Shown piece after piece: positions 9,595 to 19,283 of a DNA stretch of 64,000 bases. Each line of letters opens with the position of its first letter. Position 1 is the stretch's first letter. The DNA lies in assembly GCA_044229845.1 (NCBI GenBank), contig JBGASG010000008.1:64001-128000 (forward strand), in the 5' to 3' direction. The position numbers were made by a program, and so were the translations under genes. The notes below the pieces were generated by a model. The model was not told the origin of the DNA. It worked only from the letters and a program-made list of their open reading frames with translations, and made no database searches. Source of the stretch: Candidatus Obscuribacteraceae bacterium (GTDB lineage Bacteria > Cyanobacteriota > Vampirovibrionia > Obscuribacterales > Obscuribacteraceae).

Positions 9595-9623
9595 TGTATA
9601 GCACAGACTAGTGAGTCACGCAA
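9595..9623 (-). promoter_or_regulatory. Candidate sigma70 promoter for the omega-RNA-like element
   Basis: TTGCGT-N17-TATACA with TG extended -10 on the minus strand; implied start near 9587 coincides with the first hairpin. Confidence 0.5.
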
Positions 9624-9896
9624 GTTGATGTTTGGCTTCGCTTCGGCTCCGCGGGCGATGCCCATCGAATCGGATTGTTGATGCATTTGAGATTTACGAT
9701 CCATGCAAACAAGGGGAAGTCAGGCGGGCTTTGTGTTATTCTTTCCCTTCGTCGGTGAGTAGGGAAGCCAGCAGGCTTGAGTTTTGCCCGATTCACCGCC
9801 GCGACCACATACGGTCGGCGGATGCCCATTCGCCCCGTACACCGCGAAAAATAAGGGTTCCCCAAATTTGAGCTTGGGGATAGGAGAAAAGGATAA

Positions 9897-11897
9897 ATGC
9901 AGGAAGTCACTATCGGAATCGGAGGAGCCGCCGGCGACGGCTTGGACAAATCCGGTGACACCTTAGCGAAAACCGCTGGTAGACAAGGTCTCCACGTTTA
10001 CGCTTACAACAGCTATCAGTCGATCATCCGCGGCGGACATATTTGGCTGCGAGTGAGAATCGGCGACCAGAAGGTTCTTAACCACGGCGACCGCCTGACG
10101 GCACTGGTCGCACTCAATCAAGACACCATCGAACGGCATGCGCCCGAAGTCGATGACAACGGCTACATCATCTTCAACAGCGAAAAGCTGAAACTCGACC
10201 CGACCCTTGTTAAAGGCAAAAACGTGCAAGTGCTCGCCATGCCGATGAAGCAAGTGGTGGCTGAAGTCGAAAAAGAACACGGACCGATTCAACCGATCAT
10301 GCAGAACACTGTCATGGTCGGCGCCGTGCTCTTCTTGACCCAGATAGATTTCGAAACGGCCGCCGGTGTGTTGAAGGACACCTTCAGCCACAAAGGCGAC
10401 AAGATCATCGACCTCAACGTCGGTCTCCTGCGTGCCGGGTATGAATACGCGAAAGCTTCGTTCAAGACCGACATCAAAGGCTGGAACGTCGAGAAAGTAC
10501 GCCGCCCGTTCGTCACCGGCAACGAAGCCATCGCTATCGCTGCTGCTGCCGCCGGCTGCAAGTTCTACTCCGCGTACCCGATGACTCCCGCCTCCTCCAT
10601 CCTGCACTGGATGGCCACCCACGGCGAGAAAGCCGGCGTCTGCGTCAAGCAAGCTGAAGACGAAATCGCCGTTATGAACATGGCGGTCGGTGCCGGCATC
10701 GGCGGTGTACGCAGCATGTGCGCCACCTCCGGTGGTGGCTTCGCTCTGATGACCGAAGCAGTCGGTATGGCCGGTATCATGGAAGTGCCGGTAGTCTGCG
10801 TCGAAGTGCAGCGCGGTGGACCATCCACCGGTTTGCCCACAAAGACGGAACAGGCTGACCTCAACCAGGTCTACGGCGCCTCGCAAGGCGAATTCCCGAG
10901 ACTGATCGTGCATCCGCTGACCACGGCAGATTGTTTCAACGCCACAGTCGAAGCTTTTCACTTAGCCGACAAATATCAAATGCCCGTGCTGTTCATGTCC
11001 GACTTGCTGCTTTCCGAGCACCCTGAAACTGTCGATGCGGAAGTCTTCAAACAGAAGATCACCATCGACCGCGGCAAGATCGTCAAAGACTGGCCGGAAA
11101 CCAACGGCAAGTTCAAACGCTTCCTGTTCACCAAAGATGGTGTGTCACCGCGGACGGTGCCCGGCACCCCGAACACGATCTTCACATCGGGCAGCGACGA
11201 TCATGACGAACGCGGCATTCTTATCTCCGACATGTTCACCTCACCGCCCGTGCGCCGCATGATCATGCAAAAGCGCATGCGCAAAGTGGAGAACCTGCTC
11301 AAAGAACTGCCGGCGCCCAAACTGGAAGGACCGGCTGACGCCGATCTGACACTCGTCACCTGGGGCTCCAGCTACGGCGTCGTCAAGGAAGCGGCAGAAT
11401 TGCTCACCGCCTCCGGCACCAAGACCAACGTCCTGGCTATCAAGTACATCGCTCCTTTCCATACAAAGGAAGTGACCGAGATCCTCAGCAAGTGCAAGAA
11501 GAAGTTCTCCGTCGAACTCAACTTCACCAGCATGATGGCCCGTCATATCAAAGCCGAAACCGGCATCTCAATGGATGCGCACATCAACAAATACGATGGC
11601 GAACCAATCGAGCCCGCCTATGTCGTCGAGCACGTCAAACGCGTGCTGGGCAACAAGCCGTTTATCCTCGATGCGCATGAAGATGAAGCACGCGAAATCG
11701 CGTATCACTACCTGCGCACCCATGCCGCCGAGAAGCTGCGTCCGACGACAGTTTCCAGCGAACCGGCGAACGGCAAAGGCGAACCGATCTATAAGGTCGA
11801 ATTGATCGAGAGAGCAACCGGCAATCACGCCGGCGTCATCCGCGTCGGCGTGGAGACGGGCTCTACCTATTCGTTCGAACCCGTTGAAAGCAAGTAA
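9897..11897 (+). CDS. 2-oxoacid:ferredoxin oxidoreductase alpha subunit (gamma-alpha fusion, KorA-like)
   Basis: IGGAAGDG, SIIRGGH, YPMTPAS, QAEDEIA, TSGGGFALM, QRGGPSTGLPTKTEQAD. Substrate (2-oxoglutarate vs pyruvate) not determinable. Confidence 0.95.
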   Translation: MQEVTIGIGGAAGDGLDKSGDTLAKTAGRQGLHVYAYNSYQSIIRGGHIWLRVRIGDQKVLNHGDRLTALVALNQDTIERHAPEVDDNGYIIFNSEKLKLDPTLVKGKNVQVLAMPMKQVVAEVEKEHGPIQPIMQNTVMVGAVLFLTQIDFETAAGVLKDTFSHKGDKIIDLNVGLLRAGYEYAKASFKTDIKGWNVEKVRRPFVTGNEAIAIAAAAAGCKFYSAYPMTPASSILHWMATHGEKAGVCVKQAEDEIAVMNMAVGAGIGGVRSMCATSGGGFALMTEAVGMAGIMEVPVVCVEVQRGGPSTGLPTKTEQADLNQVYGASQGEFPRLIVHPLTTADCFNATVEAFHLADKYQMPVLFMSDLLLSEHPETVDAEVFKQKITIDRGKIVKDWPETNGKFKRFLFTKDGVSPRTVPGTPNTIFTSGSDDHDERGILISDMFTSPPVRRMIMQKRMRKVENLLKELPAPKLEGPADADLTLVTWGSSYGVVKEAAELLTASGTKTNVLAIKYIAPFHTKEVTEILSKCKKKFSVELNFTSMMARHIKAETGISMDAHINKYDGEPIEPAYVVEHVKRVLGNKPFILDAHEDEAREIAYHYLRTHAAEKLRPTTVSSEPANGKGEPIYKVELIERATGNHAGVIRVGVETGSTYSFEPVESK

Positions 11898-11915
11898 TGA
11901 GAGGTTTCCAAATCC

Positions 11916-12794
11916 ATGGCTACTACGCTTGAATTAACAGTCGAAACCTTCAAGGGTCCAGTCGATCCCGACTGGTGCCCGGGATGCGGCGACTTCGGTG
12001 TGCTGCGTTCGCTGCAAACAGCAGCCGCGCAAATCGGAGTGCAGCCCAAGGACTTGATGGTTGTATCCGGCATCGGCTGCTCGTCGAACCTACCCGGATT
12101 CATCAATGCCTACGGCATCCATAGTCTGCACGGTCGTTCGATTCCGGTCGCCACCGGTGTGCATTTCGCCAACACAGACATGAAAACGGTCGTCACCGGC
12201 GGTGACGGCGACGGCTACGGTATCGGTGTCGGTCACTTGATCCACGCCATGCGCCGCAATCTGGACCTCACCTATTTCGTGATGGACAACCAGATTTATG
12301 GTTTGACCACCGGTCAGGCCTCGCCGACCACCACCCGCGGTCACAAAACCAAATCCACTCCTAAGGGCAACGCGGAAATTCCGCTCAACCCGATTGCACT
12401 GGCAATTACAGCAGGCGCTACCTTTGTGGCTCGCGGATTCTCCGGCGAAGCCAAACAACTGGTGGACCTGATGGCTCAAGCCATGCAGCACAAAGGATTT
12501 GCTCTGATCGACATCTTCAGCCCCTGCGTCACCTACAACAAGGTGAACACCTATCCCTGGTTCAAAGAGCGCGTATATAAGTTGGAAGAGACCGACCACG
12601 ATCCGTCCGACCACAAACAAGCGTTCGCCAAAGCCTTGGAATGGGGCGACAAGATTCCGCTGGGAGTGATCTATAAAGAAGAACAGGTCACGTATGAAGA
12701 CACCGAACCGGTGCTGCAACGCGGACCGCTGGTGAAGCAGCCGCTCGGCTTGGCTCCGGACGTGCTCAATGACTTCATCGAAGAGATGATCTAG
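11916..12794 (+). CDS. 2-oxoacid:ferredoxin oxidoreductase beta subunit (TPP-binding, KorB-like)
   Basis: WCPGCGD, SGIGCS, HGR, GGDGD, DNQIYGLTTGQASPT, SPCVTYN. Confidence 0.95.
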   Translation: MATTLELTVETFKGPVDPDWCPGCGDFGVLRSLQTAAAQIGVQPKDLMVVSGIGCSSNLPGFINAYGIHSLHGRSIPVATGVHFANTDMKTVVTGGDGDGYGIGVGHLIHAMRRNLDLTYFVMDNQIYGLTTGQASPTTTRGHKTKSTPKGNAEIPLNPIALAITAGATFVARGFSGEAKQLVDLMAQAMQHKGFALIDIFSPCVTYNKVNTYPWFKERVYKLEETDHDPSDHKQAFAKALEWGDKIPLGVIYKEEQVTYEDTEPVLQRGPLVKQPLGLAPDVLNDFIEEMI

Positions 12795-12818
12795 GGAAGA
12801 AACCCTCTTATAGCCTTC

Positions 12819-12850
12819 GGGGCATGCCGTCAGGCGTGCCCCTTTGCTTT
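12819..12850 (+). terminator. Rho-independent terminator after the oxidoreductase operon
   Basis: GGGGCATGCC-GTCA-GGCGTGCCCC hairpin followed by TTTGCTTT. Confidence 0.7.
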
Positions 12851-12901
12851 GAGCCACGGGGTTTCATCAGATATGATGAAACAGGCACCACGAGCGATCG
12901 T

Positions 12902-14881
12902 ATGACCGACCAAAACTACCAGCTCGAAAACGAAGCACCCGCCCAGCACCTTCAGCCTGGCACCATCCTCGATGGCAAGTATGAAATTCTGTCCTACATC
13001 GGATGTGGTGGCATGGGTTCGATCTACAAAGCTCGCCACAGCGAGCTGGGAAATTTGGTCGCCATCAAAATAATGCACGGCCGCTTTGCCGCCAATCCGG
13101 AGGCGGTCAAGCGATTTCAAAACGAAGCCCGATTCATCGCCAGCCTGCGCCACAAAAACATCCTGACGGTTTACAGCTTCGGCTCGATCGACGGCCTTGT
13201 CTACATGGCCATGGAGTTTGTCAAAGGTCGCTCGCTGTCCGACCGGCTTTATGATGTCGGTCCGTTTACGTCTGCAGAAGCCCTGCCGATCTTCCTCCAG
13301 GTTTGCGACGCCATGATCGCGGCTCACAAAGTCGATGTTCTGCATCGAGACCTGAAACCGGCCAACGTAATGATGGTCGAGGAAAGCGACGGCAGCGTCT
13401 GCGCCAAAGTGGTCGACTTCGGTCTGGCCAAGTTGCTCGACGGCGGCGAGGGACAGCGGCTGACGCAGACGGGGGAGGTGGTCGGTGATCCGCACTACAT
13501 GAGCCCTGAGCAGGCGCAAGGCGGCAAACTGGATGCACGCTCCGATGTTTACTCTTTTGGTTGCTTGATGTACGAGATTCTCACCGGCGAGCCGCCATTC
13601 ACGGCAGACTCACCCGTCGCCGTTCTCTACAAGCAAATCTCCGAGAACCCACAATCGTTTGCGCAACGGCAAAAACTACCGGCCGCTCTGGAAGCAATCA
13701 CATTCACATGCATGTCTAAAAGTGCCGCGCAGCGCTACGATTCGTTCGCGACACTGCAGACGGTGCTGTCCGAGTTTCTTCAAAATCCCAATTTAAAAAT
13801 CACCGCTCCGGCCAGCGGTCGAGGGACAGGACGACGCCTGATGCTGGTGACAGCCTCTATGGCTATGCTGGCGATCGCGGCGGCAGTGGGTCTGAGGCTG
13901 ATTGATGAAACATCCTCTTCCGCCGACGGAACGCCCCAAGACAGCAACTCCAGTGACGATCTGGCGAGCGCCGGCAAGCCGCCTCATGTGCCAGTCAAAC
14001 CCGTGCGAATGACTGAAGAGCGAGCTATGGCGATTATTGAAACAGGCAAGCGCACCAACGATCCGCTCACCATCGCCAAGGGAAAGGCAAAACTAGTCGA
14101 AGGACTGCATGGGGCGGGCAAATACGAGCGAGCGTTGCACGCCGGCGAGAAGGCGTTGCAGGACCCCGCACTGACGGAACAGCAACGAGCCGACGTGCAA
14201 ATTCTGGTTGCGGACACTTATTCGCGCCTGGGTCAATCACAGAAGGCGCGAGCGCTTTTTGAGCAGACGCTTGCTACGGCTCCGTCCCCCGAGCAACGCG
14301 ACGCTGCTGCGCGGCCGTTGATCGGCTGGTACATCAATAGCAAAGACTGGGCTGGTGCCGAAAGACTGATCAAAGGAATCGACCTTTCTTGGATAGCCCG
14401 CAATCGCCAGTTAAATGGAAACTACATCTACAAGATCGCCGTAGTCTGCCACCACGGCAAGCCGAATGAGGCCGAGCGACTGAAAGAGAGAATGTTGGCC
14501 GCACCATTGGACGACCTGGGCAGAACTTGCGTCCTTTACAACTTTGTGACGGCATTTTCCTCCGGCGGCGATTTAGGCCGCGCTCTTGATTGCCTGCAGG
14601 AGATGCGCGGTCTGGTCAGATCGAGCCACCATCCTCAGGTCGAGCGCATGGATATACAAAGACAGATAGCCGAAATGGCGCTGCTCTATCACGCGGAAAA
14701 ATATGACCAGGTTATCTGGAACGGCAGGACTCTCTGGGAAAAGCTGACGTCGGAACCAATCCCCAATCGCGAACAGTTGCAACAGGCTGGGCAAATCTAC
14801 GCGTCGGCTCTGCGCAGAACGGGCAAAGACAAAGAAGAACAGGCTATTTTGAAACAGCTGCACACCATCTACGGGTTCTAA
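12902..14881 (+). CDS. Hanks-type Ser/Thr kinase with TM helix and TPR-like C-terminal domain (array copy 1)
   Basis: GCGGMG, VAIK, HRDLKPAN, DFG, YMSPEQ; hydrophobic helix; helical C-terminus. Start set to ATG 12902 because the longer ORF overlaps the terminator. Confidence 0.92.
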   Translation: MTDQNYQLENEAPAQHLQPGTILDGKYEILSYIGCGGMGSIYKARHSELGNLVAIKIMHGRFAANPEAVKRFQNEARFIASLRHKNILTVYSFGSIDGLVYMAMEFVKGRSLSDRLYDVGPFTSAEALPIFLQVCDAMIAAHKVDVLHRDLKPANVMMVEESDGSVCAKVVDFGLAKLLDGGEGQRLTQTGEVVGDPHYMSPEQAQGGKLDARSDVYSFGCLMYEILTGEPPFTADSPVAVLYKQISENPQSFAQRQKLPAALEAITFTCMSKSAAQRYDSFATLQTVLSEFLQNPNLKITAPASGRGTGRRLMLVTASMAMLAIAAAVGLRLIDETSSSADGTPQDSNSSDDLASAGKPPHVPVKPVRMTEERAMAIIETGKRTNDPLTIAKGKAKLVEGLHGAGKYERALHAGEKALQDPALTEQQRADVQILVADTYSRLGQSQKARALFEQTLATAPSPEQRDAAARPLIGWYINSKDWAGAERLIKGIDLSWIARNRQLNGNYIYKIAVVCHHGKPNEAERLKERMLAAPLDDLGRTCVLYNFVTAFSSGGDLGRALDCLQEMRGLVRSSHHPQVERMDIQRQIAEMALLYHAEKYDQVIWNGRTLWEKLTSEPIPNREQLQQAGQIYASALRRTGKDKEEQAILKQLHTIYGF

Positions 14882-14885
14882 TTGC

Positions 14886-16925
14886 ATGATCTGGAGCGGC
14901 GACTTCATATCAGGTCAAGGCGGCGGCGCATCTGAATCTCTCGTGCAGACGGGCGCCATCATCGACGGCAAGTATGAAGTGGTGGCATTTGTCGGCGCCG
15001 GCGGCATGGGTTCCGTTTACAAGGCTCGACACACAGAGATGGGCAACTACGTCGCCCTAAAATTCCTGCACCCGCGTTTCGCCACCGATCCCGACGCGGT
15101 CAAAAGATTTCAGCGCGAGGCGCAAATCATCTCCGCCCTGCGCCACAAGAATATTTTATCGGTCTACGCCTTCGGCAGATACCGCGGCATGCTCTACATC
15201 GCGGTCGAGTACATCGAAGGGACTTCGCTGCACTGGTTGATTTCAGATCGAGGAAAAATCGACGTATCGATTGCCATGCCTGTCTTCCTGCAAATTTGCC
15301 AGGCCATGGAATATGCACACCACAACGATGTGCTGCACCGAGACTTGAAGCCGGACAACGTGATTTTGCTGCCCGGACAGGTCGAAACCACCGGCAGCGG
15401 CACCGTCAAAGTAGTGGACTTCGGACTGGCAAAACTTCTGGACGGCAGTGATGTTCAGAAGTTGACCAAAACCGGTGAGGTCGTCGGAGACCCCAACTAC
15501 ATGAGCCCGGAGCAGTGCCAGGGGCGTCCACTGGATGCCCGTTCGGATATCTATTCGATGGGCTGCCTCATGTACGAATGCCTCTCGGGGCAAGCTCCCT
15601 TCGTTTCAGACTCGCCAGTGGCAACGCTATACAGACACGTGTCCGAGCAACCGGACAGGTTTGCGCAGCGCTCTGGTGTGCCACCGGGGCTGGAGTCGAT
15701 CACGCTCACGTGCATGGACAAGAAACCGGACAATCGCTACGAGTCGTTTGCCGCTCTCGCTGAAGCGCTGCAGAGCTTCCAGCAGAACCCTCAACTGAAG
15801 ACCAGAGCACCACGGGCAGTGGCGGCGTTCGGTCGCTTTCCCAAACGGCAGGCATTGATCGTATACACCGTCACATTCTTGATACTGGCGGGCGGTATCG
15901 GGGCAGCGCTCTACAACTCCACACTCTCCGGGCGCGACAGCGGCAATGCCGACAGCGAATTGCTGGCGGTGGCGCGCGAGCGACTGCGGCAATATGACTT
16001 CAAACTTTCCAAAGGGCGAGAGGTCAACAAACGCGACTCGATGCAAGCCATTAAACTGGCGGAAGAACTGGGCGATACTAATGCCATGGCGCGCGCCACC
16101 ATCGCGCTTGCCGACTCATATGCCACCGAGCACCAGAGTGAGCGCGCCTATCAAGTGGTTTTGAAAGCAATAAACTTGCCCCGCCTTTCCGAAGCCACTC
16201 GCCAGCATCTGGACGCAAAAGTCGCCACCTTCGCTTATGCCTCGGGTAACTGGCAGGAAGCTGAAAGACTGTACGAACCGATTCTCGCCGACTTGCGCCG
16301 GCAGAATGCCGCCAACCAGCTGGGTAGTGGACCCGTTCAGTCGGTAATGCTTTGCCTGGCCGACGCCAAGTTTCGTATCAAGAAAGATGCCGAAGCGCGT
16401 GCTTTGCTGTCTGAACTGCACGACATGCCCTACCAACAGGAAGGCAGGCTCAACTATTACTTCATCCGCCTGCTGGAGATTTATGTAGGCAACGGCATGG
16501 ACGAGCAGGCAAATGCCCTGGTGAAGGGGCTTATGAGCGCGCAGATACCCGACAACGACAAGCTGGACGGGTTAGCCAACGCCTCGTTTTTTTATGCCGT
16601 TAATCACAGATTGCCGCAGGCTGTGGCTATCAACAAAGAGATCGTGACGCTGTCCACTGAAAGCAAGCATGCCAAAGAGTTTCCGCATGCCGACGAGGTC
16701 ATTGCTATGTTTCGGGCGCGGCAAGCTGATAAATGGGACGCGGTGCTGCAAACCGGTGCGAAACTGCAATCGCCTCTGGAGAATTCGAAAAAGCCACACT
16801 GGCCGCGCGTAGTTTGGGCAATTACTTACAGCGAATCAATGACTCGAGGCAAGTTTCCTAAAGACGAAGCCAGCCGCCCCCTGGAGCTTTTGAACATCGA
16901 CCTGCACAACAATTGGAAGTGGTGA
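14886..16925 (+). CDS. Hanks-type Ser/Thr kinase with TM helix and helical-repeat domain (copy 2)
   Basis: GAGGMG, VALK, HRDLKPDN, DFG, YMSPEQ; TM helix. Confidence 0.92.
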   Translation: MIWSGDFISGQGGGASESLVQTGAIIDGKYEVVAFVGAGGMGSVYKARHTEMGNYVALKFLHPRFATDPDAVKRFQREAQIISALRHKNILSVYAFGRYRGMLYIAVEYIEGTSLHWLISDRGKIDVSIAMPVFLQICQAMEYAHHNDVLHRDLKPDNVILLPGQVETTGSGTVKVVDFGLAKLLDGSDVQKLTKTGEVVGDPNYMSPEQCQGRPLDARSDIYSMGCLMYECLSGQAPFVSDSPVATLYRHVSEQPDRFAQRSGVPPGLESITLTCMDKKPDNRYESFAALAEALQSFQQNPQLKTRAPRAVAAFGRFPKRQALIVYTVTFLILAGGIGAALYNSTLSGRDSGNADSELLAVARERLRQYDFKLSKGREVNKRDSMQAIKLAEELGDTNAMARATIALADSYATEHQSERAYQVVLKAINLPRLSEATRQHLDAKVATFAYASGNWQEAERLYEPILADLRRQNAANQLGSGPVQSVMLCLADAKFRIKKDAEARALLSELHDMPYQQEGRLNYYFIRLLEIYVGNGMDEQANALVKGLMSAQIPDNDKLDGLANASFFYAVNHRLPQAVAINKEIVTLSTESKHAKEFPHADEVIAMFRARQADKWDAVLQTGAKLQSPLENSKKPHWPRVVWAITYSESMTRGKFPKDEASRPLELLNIDLHNNWKW

Positions 16926-16999
16926 GTTCGGCATAAGTCCTTTTCAGGGAATATTATGGGGGTAGGAAAGTTCGCCGCAATTACTGACTGGACCGACCC

Positions 17000-19231
17000 T
17001 TGAGTCACGACTCCACCGACTATCATCTCGGCGGTGCCGCCAGATCCAATCTGGCGGTCGGATCGCTGCTCGATAGTAAGTACGAGATTCGGGCTTTCCT
17101 GGGCAGCGGCGGCATGGGCGCCGTCTACCAGGCGTACCACAGTGAACTGGATCACGATGTCGCGATCAAAGTTTTGCATGGTCAGGCAGCCGACGATCCT
17201 GACTCAGTGAAAAGATTTCAGCGCGAGGCGCACATCATTTCTGAATTGCGCCACAAGCGCATCCTGTCGGTTTATGCGTTCGGAGCATTGAAATCGCTGA
17301 TTTACATGGCGATGGAGTATCTACCTGGTCAGTCGCTGGCAGCCATGATCGCCGACAGGGGTCCACTCAAGGTGGAGCGGGCAGCTCCGATTTTGTTGCA
17401 AATCTGCGAAGCGATGAGCTACGCACATGCCCAACACGTCTTGCACCGCGACTTGAAACCTTCCAATGTGATCGTCCTCAACTCTCGAGACCCAGATGCC
17501 GAGCCATCCATCAAGGTGGTTGACTTCGGGTTGGCACGGCTGGTCGGAGTCGGCGAACAAAGACTGACGCAGACGGGAGATGTACTGGGCGATCCCAATT
17601 ACATGAGCCCCGAACAATGCCAGGGCAGACAGCTTGATGAGCGATCCGACATCTATTCCTTCGGATGTTTGATGTACGAAGTTCTCACCGGTAAACCGCC
17701 GTTTCTTGGAGAATCGTCTGTGGCATCGCTCTTCAAGCAAATCTCCGATGCGCCCCCGCCATTTCCACCTGAATGTGCCGTACCGTCAGCCTGGCAAGCC
17801 ATTACACTCACCTGCCTCTGCAAAGATCCGGCGCAGCGGTACCAGTCGTTTCAAGAAGTGGCTGACCTGATCAAGCAGGCAATCGCCAACCCGCGCATCA
17901 CTGTCCAATTGCCGGTCAACAAGCAACAAGCCGAAATGGGGCGCAAATGGAAGCTGATTGCAGTCCCTCTGGTGATAGCGGTGCTGGTCGGTGCCCTCAC
18001 CATCGGAATACTCTACGCAAACTACAAGCGTCAGCAGAAGGAGAGCGAGCAATCGCAACTCGAAGAGCCTATCAGGCGCCTTAACTACCGCTTGCACAAC
18101 ACGCTGGTGTCAACGCAGAACTTCGAGCCCAATACCAGAAGTGACGCCGAACAGTTGATGAAACTGGCGAAGAAACTCAAGAAAGGCGAAGATTACGCGT
18201 TCGGCGCCTACATGCTGGCCCGCTACTACTCGATCATCAAAGCCGACCAGCAGCGCGCCATGCAGCTGGTAAATGAAGCGCTCAGCACCGACGATCTCAA
18301 AGGCGAAGACAGACTGGCGGCCACATGGTTCGCCTCCACCACTGCCACCAGTCTGCACGACCATCAGACAGCTGAAAAGCGGCTGGCCGAGCTGTTCTAC
18401 CAGCCCCACGGAGAGCGCTGGATGCACGAGTATCGAGATCATATCAGGGAGGATGTGATCGCCAACAAGTTCGCTCTCGGTAAAGACAAGGAGGCGCTCG
18501 CCATTTGCCGGCAAGTCTACGCCGAAAACGCAGTGGGCAAGCCGGAGGCCAATCCACTCAACCACGCAAAGATGGCCAGAGAGCTGGCTAGTTATGCCAT
18601 GGCGAAGCAAGACTACGCAGAGGCGGATAAGTATCTGAGCACGGTCAACCCCCTGATCTGCGTGCAAGCCGACAACGTCGAACCCGTAGTCAGTTGCATG
18701 GTGACTCTGTACAGCAAGCAAGACCGCATGCAGGAACTGAAAACCCTCGTGCGCAAAATCATGAACAACGAGAAGCTGAACGATTATCGCGGTGCGATGT
18801 TCCTGTATCAGACGATATGCACCCTGATCGAAGACAATCGCCTGGCTGACGCATCACACTACGCCAATCAGATGGTGGCTCTCTCCAGCTTTACCAACGA
18901 CGTGGACAAACAATCTATGGTCGCGTACGCCGAGCTGGCTAAGCTGCGAATTGCGATAAAGGAAGGAAAGCACGATCTGGCGGTCCGGCAGGGGAAGCAA
19001 CTTTTCCAGACTTGTAAACAAAGCGGTTTGGATGGGGTAGCTGTAACCACGCTAGACCTCTTGCAGCCGCTCCTGACGCCTGAGGAAACATCACAAATGA
19101 AAGCCCAGCTCGATGTTCTACAGAAGCAGGAAGACCAAAAGCGTGACGCGGTGAAGCACAAGGAGGAAGTCCAGAGAGATGCGGCGGAGGCAGCATGGGA
19201 TAAATCTGCGGCAGCAAAAGGGGACCGGTGA
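17000..19231 (+). CDS. Hanks-type Ser/Thr kinase with TM helix and helical-repeat domain (copy 3)
   Basis: GSGGMG, VAIK, HRDLKPSN, DFG, YMSPEQ; TM helix; TTG start. Confidence 0.92.
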   Translation: MSHDSTDYHLGGAARSNLAVGSLLDSKYEIRAFLGSGGMGAVYQAYHSELDHDVAIKVLHGQAADDPDSVKRFQREAHIISELRHKRILSVYAFGALKSLIYMAMEYLPGQSLAAMIADRGPLKVERAAPILLQICEAMSYAHAQHVLHRDLKPSNVIVLNSRDPDAEPSIKVVDFGLARLVGVGEQRLTQTGDVLGDPNYMSPEQCQGRQLDERSDIYSFGCLMYEVLTGKPPFLGESSVASLFKQISDAPPPFPPECAVPSAWQAITLTCLCKDPAQRYQSFQEVADLIKQAIANPRITVQLPVNKQQAEMGRKWKLIAVPLVIAVLVGALTIGILYANYKRQQKESEQSQLEEPIRRLNYRLHNTLVSTQNFEPNTRSDAEQLMKLAKKLKKGEDYAFGAYMLARYYSIIKADQQRAMQLVNEALSTDDLKGEDRLAATWFASTTATSLHDHQTAEKRLAELFYQPHGERWMHEYRDHIREDVIANKFALGKDKEALAICRQVYAENAVGKPEANPLNHAKMARELASYAMAKQDYAEADKYLSTVNPLICVQADNVEPVVSCMVTLYSKQDRMQELKTLVRKIMNNEKLNDYRGAMFLYQTICTLIEDNRLADASHYANQMVALSSFTNDVDKQSMVAYAELAKLRIAIKEGKHDLAVRQGKQLFQTCKQSGLDGVAVTTLDLLQPLLTPEETSQMKAQLDVLQKQEDQKRDAVKHKEEVQRDAAEAAWDKSAAAKGDR

Positions 19232-19283
19232 CTACAGGAAGCAGGTAGGATAGAGAAGGTCTCAATCGTCCAGGAAACTGAGC

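Noticed and set aside
9963..10961. Long antisense ORFs over conserved genes (also 26542-27672, 42222-43445, 59677-60498)
   Set aside because: Expected shadow frames of GC-rich coding sequence; no independent motifs.
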